Below are positions 30,361 to 38,450 of a DNA stretch of 64,000 nt, piece after piece (the stretch's first letter is position 1; each line of letters begins with the position of its first letter). The notes beneath the pieces are model-generated. The model was not told the origin of the DNA. It worked only from the letters and a program-made list of their open reading frames with translations, and made no database searches. The translations under genes and the position numbers were made by a program. This DNA is from an uncultured Bacilli bacterium (GTDB lineage: Bacteria; Bacillota_I; Bacilli_A; RF39; UBA660), in the NCBI GenBank assembly GCA_944371525.1, contig CALVXP010000002.1, positions 1,042 through 65,041 of the forward strand. Reading direction: 5' to 3'.

Positions 30361-31504
30361 TTTACCAGAAGATAAATGTACAGGTTGTGGAACGTGTGTT
30401 GCTTCATGTCCTTTTAAAGCAATAAGTATGAAAGAAGATAATGAAGGTTTTTTATATCCATACATTGATACTTCTAAATGTAAAAAATGTGGATTATGTG
30501 AAAAAAGATGTCCTGTATTAAAGGTAAAGAAATATAGAAAAAATGATTTTTCTATTTATGCTGCATATACAAAAAATAAAAGTATACTACTTAATAGTAG
30601 TTCCGGTGGAATTTTTTATGAATTAGCAAGTAATGTTATTTCTTTAGGAGGAATAGTTTATGGTGTAACATACGATAAGATAAAAGGTGCCTATCATATT
30701 CCCGTTGATAAAATAGAAAATTTAAAAAATATTATGGGATCTAAATATTTACAAGCAAATGCATCATTAGTATTTCCAAAAATAAAAGAAGAATTAACTC
30801 AAGGGAAAACAATTTTATTTTCTGGTAGTCCTTGTCAAGTTGCAGGTTTAAAAGATTATTTAGTTAAAGATTATGAAAATTTAATAACAATAGATTTTAT
30901 ATGTACAGGTGTTCCAAGTTCAAAAGTGTTTAAAGAATATATAAGGTATTGGGAAAATAAATACAATGATACTTTTAAAACAATAGACTATAGAAATAAA
31001 CAAGACAGTTGGTATAATTATAAACTAAAAATAGAATTTGAACACAAAACACGATATGAAAATCGTTTTTTTAGCCCTTTGATTTTACTTCAATATAATC
31101 ATTTTTCTTTAAGAAGATCCTGTTATAACTGTAATTTTAGAAAAGGAAATTCTCCTAGTGATATTGAACTTGGTGATTTTTGGAACGTTGATTTAGTAAA
31201 TAAAGAAATTTATAATAAAAATGGTGTTTCTTGTGTAATAATAAAATCAGATAAAGGTGCAAAATTATTTAATAAAATACTAAATAATATAAAATTAACA
31301 CAAGTTTCAGAAAAAGATTTATTAAAAGTAAATAAATCATATGATAATTTTTGTATGGATAAAGAAAAAAGAGATAATTTTTTTAATGAATTTATAAATA
31401 GTACTGATAGAATAAGTATAATAAAAAAATATACTAATTATAGTTTTAAACAAAAATTTAGAATTAAGAAAAATCTATTAGTATTAAAATTAAAAAATAA
31501 GTAA
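30353..31504 (+). CDS. FrhB/FdhB-like (coenzyme F420 hydrogenase beta-subunit family) protein with an N-terminal 2x[4Fe-4S] ferredoxin domain
   Basis: CTGCGTCVASCP and CKKCGLCEKRCP cluster motifs, followed by the FrhB_FdhB-like region (SSSGGIFYELA, GSPCQVAGLKDY). Confidence 0.75.
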   Translation: MCNLPEDKCTGCGTCVASCPFKAISMKEDNEGFLYPYIDTSKCKKCGLCEKRCPVLKVKKYRKNDFSIYAAYTKNKSILLNSSSGGIFYELASNVISLGGIVYGVTYDKIKGAYHIPVDKIENLKNIMGSKYLQANASLVFPKIKEELTQGKTILFSGSPCQVAGLKDYLVKDYENLITIDFICTGVPSSKVFKEYIRYWENKYNDTFKTIDYRNKQDSWYNYKLKIEFEHKTRYENRFFSPLILLQYNHFSLRRSCYNCNFRKGNSPSDIELGDFWNVDLVNKEIYNKNGVSCVIIKSDKGAKLFNKILNNIKLTQVSEKDLLKVNKSYDNFCMDKEKRDNFFNEFINSTDRISIIKKYTNYSFKQKFRIKKNLLVLKLKNK

Positions 31505-31563
31505 TATTTTATATAAATTTATACTATATTATGATATACTATTAATAGTAGGAGTGAGATGTA

Positions 31564-32949
31564 ATGAAAAATAAAGTTTTAATTATTTTACTAGTAGTAT
31601 TTAGTTTATTACTAGCAGGGGCAATTGGTTTTGGTGTTTATTTAAATATGAATTTTTCCACGATGATATTTGAAAAAGGATTAGATAAATTATATACATT
31701 AAGTAATGATACTTTAACAAAAGCCAACATATATGATTATGAAAATGAAATTGTTCAAATTAATAATAATGTTAGTTATAGTTCATCAGATGAAGTAAAA
31801 GAATTACTTGGATTAGATAGTGTATCTTTAAATTATAATATAACACTAGATAATAAAAATAGAAAAATGTTAAATAATATTAGTTATTTAGAAAGCGATA
31901 AAGAGTATTTAAATGTAGATTTATTATATAATAGTAGTGATTATAGTTATATTAATTTAAATAATTTATTTACTAAAATATTAAAGGTAAGTTTAGATGA
32001 GGAGACTACTAAATCTATTGAAGATATGTTTGATACTATATTAGATAATGGTAAAACAATAAAAGATACTGATAGACTTATATATTTAACAATAGAGATA
32101 ATAAAAAATAATATTAATAAAGAAGATATACTAAAGAAAGATGTAACTATTACGATTGATGGAAAAGAAAATAAATTAACTGAATATTGTTATAGTTTAG
32201 AAGGAGAAAAACTAAATAATTTTGTAATCAATATATTAACAGAAATGGAAAAAAATGAAGAAATAGTTAATATATTAAAAAATACATATAAAATGGAAGA
32301 AGTTAATTTAGTAGAGTATTATAATGATAATTATAAATATAATGAAACTGATAAATTATTATCTTCAATATATGTAAGTGGTAGATATGATATAGTAGGT
32401 TTTTCTATGAATGAAGAAGCCGAAGTTGGAAATACTATTATAAAATATATTGGAACAAATGATTCATATTTATTTGAACTTAACAATAATATTGATACTA
32501 ATATGATTGTTGAAGGAAACAAAGATGAAAAAGATACAATTAATTTATTAGTAAAAAACAATGATGAAGAAATTGGTACAGTTAAAGTAATTGAAGAAAA
32601 TCATGAATACACATTTATTTGTGATACTGTTGATAATGCAATGTCAATAACTTTAAAATATAAAAATGAAAAAGTCAGTGACAAAGAAAATAATATTAAT
32701 ATTGAAGTAGGAATTGTATCTGAAGGAGTTTCATTAGGAATAATAAAATATAATCAAAATACTAAAGTAGTAGATAAATTAGAAGAATTTGATTATAGTA
32801 ATGTAGTAGATGTTAATGAATTAACTGAAGAAGATACAAATGAATTATTTATGAATTTACAAGAACAATTGGGAGATAGTGTTTTGTATACTTTAATTAT
32901 AGGTTATAGTAGTCAATTTGATGCTTCAAATTACAGTAGCATGTATTAG
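31564..32949 (+). CDS. Hypothetical membrane-anchored extracytoplasmic protein
   Basis: 461 aa with one N-terminal TM helix (VLIILLVVFSLLLAGAIGFGVYL). I recognise no motif. It has a good SD (AGGAGTGAG) and a strong terminator. Confidence 0.6.
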   Translation: MKNKVLIILLVVFSLLLAGAIGFGVYLNMNFSTMIFEKGLDKLYTLSNDTLTKANIYDYENEIVQINNNVSYSSSDEVKELLGLDSVSLNYNITLDNKNRKMLNNISYLESDKEYLNVDLLYNSSDYSYINLNNLFTKILKVSLDEETTKSIEDMFDTILDNGKTIKDTDRLIYLTIEIIKNNINKEDILKKDVTITIDGKENKLTEYCYSLEGEKLNNFVINILTEMEKNEEIVNILKNTYKMEEVNLVEYYNDNYKYNETDKLLSSIYVSGRYDIVGFSMNEEAEVGNTIIKYIGTNDSYLFELNNNIDTNMIVEGNKDEKDTINLLVKNNDEEIGTVKVIEENHEYTFICDTVDNAMSITLKYKNEKVSDKENNINIEVGIVSEGVSLGIIKYNQNTKVVDKLEEFDYSNVVDVNELTEEDTNELFMNLQEQLGDSVLYTLIIGYSSQFDASNYSSMY

Positions 32950-32969
32950 CCAAGAAAACTTGGCTTTTT
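32949..32969 (+). terminator. Intrinsic terminator
   Basis: GCCAAG-aaaa-CTTGGC followed by TTTTT, starting at the stop codon. Confidence 0.8.
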
Positions 32970-33027
32970 CTATTGTAATTAAAATGATTTTTATAGTATA
33001 ATATATATGTAAAAAAGGTGATAAATT

Positions 33028-33681
33028 ATGAAAAATAAATATAATATGACAAAGGAAGATAATATTTTTTTTGCTAAAAGAAAACTTGTTGACAATATAT
33101 ATAAAAGCGCTAATTTGGAAGGAATAGCAGTTACTTTTGCAGATACATATTCATTTATGAATAATGTTAATAATGGTAAAATTAGTATTGATGATATGTT
33201 AAAATTAAAAGGATTAAAAGATGCTTGGGAATATACTTTAAATAATATTGATTGTGAACTAACAATAGATTATATAAAGAAAATTCATTTTGAAATATGT
33301 AAAGGACAAAATATAGAACCACTTGGAGAGTTTAGAAATAAAGGAGTAGGGATCACAGGTACTTCATGGAGACCTAAATTGCCTAGTGAATGTAATTATG
33401 AAGAAGATTTGAATAAAATATTATCTATTCAAAATGAATTAGAAAGATGTATAACTTTGTTTTGTTATATTCAAAGGGCACAAATGTTTTTGGATGGTAA
33501 TAAAAGAGTGGCTAATTTAGTGGCAAATAAAGAAATGATTAGAACAGGACAAGGAATTATTTCTGTACCAATAGAAAAAATAGGAGAATATTTTACTAAA
33601 CTAATTAAATATTATGAAACTAATGATATAAGTGATATAAAATTATGGATATATGATAATTGTATTGATGGAATAGAATAA
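33028..33681 (+). CDS. Fic/Doc-family protein with a degenerate active-site motif
   Basis: Fic-like layout: SANLEGI near the N-terminus, then GEFRNKGVGITG. The core motif position reads QMFLDGNKRVAN instead of HPFxDGNGRxxR (or the Doc HxFxDANKR). Confidence 0.6.
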   Translation: MKNKYNMTKEDNIFFAKRKLVDNIYKSANLEGIAVTFADTYSFMNNVNNGKISIDDMLKLKGLKDAWEYTLNNIDCELTIDYIKKIHFEICKGQNIEPLGEFRNKGVGITGTSWRPKLPSECNYEEDLNKILSIQNELERCITLFCYIQRAQMFLDGNKRVANLVANKEMIRTGQGIISVPIEKIGEYFTKLIKYYETNDISDIKLWIYDNCIDGIE

Positions 33682-33690
33682 TGTAAAATA

Positions 33691-33714
33691 AGAACATAGT
33701 AAGTGTTCTTTTTA
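33691..33714 (+). terminator. Intrinsic terminator
   Basis: AGAACA-tagtaag-TGTTCT followed by TTTTT. Confidence 0.7.
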
Positions 33715-33763
33715 TATTAAATATATATTATTCGTGGTATACTAAATATATGGAGGTAATTAT

Positions 33764-35584
33764 ATGTGTGGATTTGTTGGATTTGTAGATAAAACAAAAG
33801 ATAAAGATAAAACAATAAAGAAAATGGCTGATTTAATAAAACATAGAGGACCTGATTCAGATGGATATTATACTGATGATGATATAGCCCTAGGTTTTAG
33901 AAGACTTTCTATTATTGATTTAGAAGGTGGAACACAGCCAATATATAATGAAGAGAAAGATAAATTAATATTTTTTAATGGAGAAATATATAATTATAAA
34001 TATTTAAAAGAAGATTTAATAGAAAAAGGACATAAGTTTGGCACTAATACTGATACCGAAGTAATACTTCATGGATATGAAGAGTATAAGGAAGATTTTC
34101 TTTTAATGTTAAGAGGGATGTTTGCATTTGTTATATATGATTTAAAAACAAAAGAATTATTTGGAGCCAGAGACTTTTATGGTATAAAACCACTTTATTA
34201 TGCAAAAATGAAAGATAGTTTTATGTTTGGAAGTGAAATAAAAAGTTTTTTAGGACATCCAAAATTTAAAAAAGAATTAAATAGAGATATGTTAGAACAA
34301 TATTTAACATTTCAATATAGTGTAGGATCTGATACATTTTTCAAGAATGTTTATAAACTAATGCCAGGACATTATTTTAAATATAAGAATGGTAAATTAG
34401 ACATTAAGAGATATTATGAAATTAAATTTGAACCAAATAATAAAAGGACACTTGAAGACTGGGAAAAAGGAATTAGAGAAGTAATTGATGATAGTATTGA
34501 AGCTCATAAAGTAAGTGATGTAGAAGTAGGTAGTTTCTTATCTAGTGGAGTAGATTCTTCATTAATAGCTACTTTGTCTAATGTTGATAAAACATTTACT
34601 GTAGGGTATTCAAATAAAAAATATAGTGAAATAGATTATGCAAAAGATTTATCTAAGAAGATTAATGTTACTAATATAAGTAAAGAAATAACTAAAGAAG
34701 AATATTTTGAAAAATTTCCAATGATAGAATATTATTTTGATGAACCACTTGCAGATCCTTCAGCGGTAGCTTTATATTTTGTTGCTAATATTGCTTCACA
34801 ACATGTTAAAGTAGCTTTATCAGGAGAAGGATCTGATGAAATATTTGGAGGATATAATATCTATCATGAACCATATTCAGTATCTTGGTATTATAAAATC
34901 CCATACTTTTTAAGAAGATTTATAGGTATATGTGTGTATCCTTTTAGACATCATCGTGGGTTTAATTTCTTATATCGAAGAAGTAGAAAACTAGAAGATA
35001 GATATATTGGTAATGCATTTATGTTTGAACCAGTAGAAGTAAAGAAAATACTTAGTTATAAAACAGGTAAGAAAACATATAAAGATTTTACTAAACCATT
35101 TTATGATAAATGTAAAAATTATGATGATGTAACAAAAATGCAATATATTGATTTTAATTTTTGGTTAATTGGGGATATCCTTTTAAAAGCAGACAAAATG
35201 AGTATGGCTAATTCTTTAGAAGTAAGAGTACCTTATTTAGATAGAATACTTATTGATTATGCTAGGGAATTACCTACTAAATATAAAATAAAAGATGGAC
35301 AAACTAAATATGCATTTAGAAAAGTTGCAAACGAAGTATTAGAAAGTAAATTTGCGGATAAAAAGAAATTAGGATTCCCTGTTCCAATTAGAGAATGGAT
35401 AAAAGAAGATGATATTTATAATAAAATAAAAGATACTTTTTCTAGAAGTTCTGAATTTTTTAAAGTAGATGAAATTACTAAATTATTAGATGAACATAAA
35501 GAAGGAAAGAAAGATAATAGTCGTAAAATATGGACTATATATTCATTCCTAGTATGGTACGATGAATATTTTATAGCGAGGTAA
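33764..35584 (+). CDS. asnB: Asparagine synthetase (glutamine-hydrolysing), long B. subtilis AsnB/AsnO type
   Basis: MCGFVGF N-terminus, RGPD, PP-loop SSGVDSS, EVRVPYLD. 606 aa. Confidence 0.9.
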   Translation: MCGFVGFVDKTKDKDKTIKKMADLIKHRGPDSDGYYTDDDIALGFRRLSIIDLEGGTQPIYNEEKDKLIFFNGEIYNYKYLKEDLIEKGHKFGTNTDTEVILHGYEEYKEDFLLMLRGMFAFVIYDLKTKELFGARDFYGIKPLYYAKMKDSFMFGSEIKSFLGHPKFKKELNRDMLEQYLTFQYSVGSDTFFKNVYKLMPGHYFKYKNGKLDIKRYYEIKFEPNNKRTLEDWEKGIREVIDDSIEAHKVSDVEVGSFLSSGVDSSLIATLSNVDKTFTVGYSNKKYSEIDYAKDLSKKINVTNISKEITKEEYFEKFPMIEYYFDEPLADPSAVALYFVANIASQHVKVALSGEGSDEIFGGYNIYHEPYSVSWYYKIPYFLRRFIGICVYPFRHHRGFNFLYRRSRKLEDRYIGNAFMFEPVEVKKILSYKTGKKTYKDFTKPFYDKCKNYDDVTKMQYIDFNFWLIGDILLKADKMSMANSLEVRVPYLDRILIDYARELPTKYKIKDGQTKYAFRKVANEVLESKFADKKKLGFPVPIREWIKEDDIYNKIKDTFSRSSEFFKVDEITKLLDEHKEGKKDNSRKIWTIYSFLVWYDEYFIAR

Positions 35585-35586
35585 TT

Positions 35587-35997
35587 ATGGAAATAGTAAA
35601 GACTGTAGGAATAATGTTTTTTAAAGATAAAAAATTACTTGTAAATAAACCAAGACTTAGACCTACTTATCAAATAGTAGGAGGACATATTGAAAAAGGA
35701 GAAAGTCCAATTCAAGCAATTATAAGAGAATGTAAAGAAGAATTAGGAGATAAAGCAATATTTGATATAGATAAAATAAAATATGTAATGGATTTTATTG
35801 AAGTAAATACAGCTTTCCCTGATAAAGAAATACATATGCATTTATTTATATATGATGGAATACTTGAAGGAGAATTATCTTTATCAGAAGAAATAGAAGA
35901 CTTTAAATGGATAAGTAAAGATGATGATAGAAGTATATTATCTGATGCATTAAGAAATGAAATAATATCTTATGGTATTAGAAACTACTATATGTAA
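35587..35997 (+). CDS. NUDIX hydrolase
   Basis: Nudix box GGHIEKGESPIQAIIRECKEELG. It starts 3 nt after the asnB stop. Confidence 0.85.
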   Translation: MEIVKTVGIMFFKDKKLLVNKPRLRPTYQIVGGHIEKGESPIQAIIRECKEELGDKAIFDIDKIKYVMDFIEVNTAFPDKEIHMHLFIYDGILEGELSLSEEIEDFKWISKDDDRSILSDALRNEIISYGIRNYYM

Positions 35998-36014
35998 TTA
36001 TAGTAGTTTTTTAT
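35983..36014 (+). terminator. Intrinsic terminator overlapping the Nudix stop codon
   Basis: AAACTACTATA-tgtaat-TATAGTAGTTT followed by TTT. Confidence 0.6.
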
Positions 36015-36144
36015 ATACTTTTTTCCAAACAAATGTATTAAAAAACAATAAGATATAGTGATTTTTTAAACATTTTTTATAAAAAAGAAGTAATTTGCAA
36101 TTTTTTTTATCAATAATTATTATAGAGGGGGAAGGAGGTGACGA

Positions 36145-37182
36145 TTGCCTACAAAAGAAATATTAATTAGTCCTAGAATACAATTATGCTATGACAAAGT
36201 ATTTAAAAAGTATTTAGAGATAATCCAAATGCTTTGGCAAAGTTAATAAGTGATATAACAGGGATACCTTATCTTGAGACGAAAGATAATATAGTATTTA
36301 GTAGTAATGAGCTTAGATTAAATCATATAAAAGAGAAATCTAAGGTATGTGATTTTATTGTTAATGTAGATAATTATAGTATAAATATAGAGATGAATAT
36401 GTATCCTAGTAAATGGATAAAATATCGTAATTTTGCTTATCTAAATAATTTATATAATGGTATAGTAAATTCAGGATTAAAGTATAATGAATATGGTAAA
36501 AAAGTAGCTATACAAATAAATTTTAATGTAAACTATAAAAGTGAAGAACTACCAATAAGTAAATGTGTAGTATTTGATACAAATAGGTGCAAAATATTTA
36601 TAGATAACTATTATATTTACCAGATAGATATTGTTAAGTGTTTGGATATAGTATATAATGAAAGTAAAATAACAAATGTACTTTCTGGAATAAGATGGGG
36701 AGCATTATTATATGCAGATAATCTAGAAGACATAGAAATAATATTAGGAAATGATTTATTAGAGAAAAAGGAGAAAGAAGAATTTATGAAAACAGTAAAA
36801 GGAATAGTTTATGAAGGAAAGACACCGGATATGGATTGGGATATTGAAAAAGATATTGAAAATCAAATAGCATCAACAAAAGCTGAAATTAAGGAAGACT
36901 ATTGGGAAGAAATAAAAGCAGAATTTGCTGAAGAATATGGTGAAGAAACTTTAAGAGAATACATTGATTTGAATAAAGATAGATAAAATAAATAAAAAAT
37001 ATCTTGATGAAAATAAGGATAAAATAAAAAGAGAGTATTTAGATAAAATTACTTCACAAACTATTGAACAAAACACAATCCTTTTCATAAAAAATATGTT
37101 AAAAGAAAAATTACCTCTAGAATCTATAGCAAAAATTGCTAATAAATCATTAGAAGAAATAAAAAAAATTAGCGAAAGCTAA
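36145..37182 (+). pseudogene. Rpn/PD-(D/E)XK nuclease-family putative transposase (PDDEXK_2-like), split over three frames
   Basis: TTG 36145 after GGAGGTG gives LPTKEILISPRIQLCYDKVFKKYLE, then a stop at 36244. The family continuation DNPNALAKLISDITG...CDFIVNVDNYSINIEMNM runs in another frame (open 36207-36986). The usual C-terminal helix-turn-helix tail (IKNMLKEKLPLESIAKIANKSLEEIKKISES) is in the first frame again (36973-37182). Two frameshifts are implied, one near 36214-36220 and one near 36973-36986 in an A-rich run. Confidence 0.6.
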
Positions 37183-37436
37183 TTTTTTTCATCATCTTCT
37201 ATAAATAGTAAGTATACTTTAATTCCTAATGCAGTAGCTATGGAATTAATAACAGCTAAAGAAAAATTATTACGATAATTTCCTTCAATAGATATTACAG
37301 TAGAATAACTATAAGGAATAAGATCAGCTAGTTGTTCTTGAGTAAGTCCTTTTTCTTTTCTATATTTTTTGATATTTTTACTTACTACTTTATAAATATA
37401 TTCTTCATTTTTTCTGTCAACTCTCATTTGCACCAC
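37179..37436 (-). CDS. XRE-family helix-turn-helix transcriptional regulator
   Basis: KNIKKYRKEKGLTQEQLADLIPYSYSTVISIEGN. 85 aa. Confidence 0.85.
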   Translation of the reverse strand: MVQMRVDRKNEEYIYKVVSKNIKKYRKEKGLTQEQLADLIPYSYSTVISIEGNYRNNFSLAVINSIATALGIKVYLLFIEDDEKN

Positions 37437-37521
37437 CCATTTATATTATCGTATAATTTATAAAAATAATACTACCACACATTGTAATAATGGTGCTATA
37501 ATAATATTTATGAGGTGTGCA

Positions 37522-37638
37522 ATGAATAAAGAACAATTAGATAGATATATATTATCTTTTCTTATATCTTTATTTATATTAGGAGTAATCATTCTTATTA
37601 TATGTATAATAGTAATGATTGTTGATTTATTTAAATAA
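37522..37638 (+). CDS. Small hydrophobic peptide (38 aa), unannotated
   Basis: Not in the ORF track because it is too short. GAGGTG SD at 37512-37517, then ATG 37522. The product is MNKEQLDRYILSFLISLFILGVIILIICIIVMIVDLFK, with one TM helix. Confidence 0.45.
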   Translation: MNKEQLDRYILSFLISLFILGVIILIICIIVMIVDLFK

Positions 37639-37655
37639 AATATAATAGTGATAAT

Positions 37656-38375
37656 ATGATGAATTTAAAAAGAAGAAAAAAGAAAAAAATAATAAATAGA
37701 ATATTTTTATTATTTATTTTAATTATATTTATATCTTTTCTTGTGATTAAAATATTTGATAATAGAGTAAAGCCTATTCTTCTTTCTTATGCAGAAGCAG
37801 AAACAAGAAAACTAACTACATTAGTTATTAATAAAGCTGTTACTAAACAAATTGCTCTTAATATGGATCCAGATAATTTGTATGAAATAGAAACTAATAG
37901 TAATAATGAGATAAATATAGTTAGTTACAATTCTACTACTGTTACTAAAATCCTTAATTCAATAACTAATTTAGTTCAATTAAATTTAAAATCAATTGAA
38001 GAAGGAAATATTGATTTATTAGAATTACCAGATAATTATGATACTGACAAATTAAAAGAAGGAATAATATATGAAATTCCTTTTGGAGCAATTACTAATA
38101 TATCTTTTTTATCTAATTTAGGTCCTAAAATACCTGTTAAATTACATTTAATTGGAGATGTTACTAGTGGTATTAGAAGTAATTTAACTGAATATGGTAT
38201 TAATAATGCTTTATTAGAAATAAGAGTTAATATAGAAGTTACTTGTAGAATAAATATGCCTTTTATTTCTAAACAGATAACAGTAGATAATGCTGTACCA
38301 ATAGTTATTAAATTAATACAAGGAAAGGTTCCTGAATATTACTTTAATGGATTTAGTTCTAATATTAGTAGTTAA
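37656..38375 (+). CDS. yunB: Sporulation protein YunB
   Basis: Basic N-terminus plus a TM helix, then VKPILLSYAEAETRKLTTLVINKAV and the overall length and pattern of YunB. Confidence 0.7.
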   Translation: MMNLKRRKKKKIINRIFLLFILIIFISFLVIKIFDNRVKPILLSYAEAETRKLTTLVINKAVTKQIALNMDPDNLYEIETNSNNEINIVSYNSTTVTKILNSITNLVQLNLKSIEEGNIDLLELPDNYDTDKLKEGIIYEIPFGAITNISFLSNLGPKIPVKLHLIGDVTSGIRSNLTEYGINNALLEIRVNIEVTCRINMPFISKQITVDNAVPIVIKLIQGKVPEYYFNGFSSNISS

Positions 38376-38450
38376 TTTTTTTTTAATTTATTATTGTTTA
38401 TTTATTTAATTTATTATATAATAGTCATAGATAATAAAGGGTGTGTATAT

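Noticed and set aside
38394-38450. Track start (TTG/ATT-type) at 38394 for the repeat protein, adding MFIYLIYYIIVIDNKGCVY
   Set aside because: ATG 38451 gives a normal signal or anchor sequence (K-rich n-region plus a hydrophobic core). The upstream extension is translated promoter-like AT-rich DNA.
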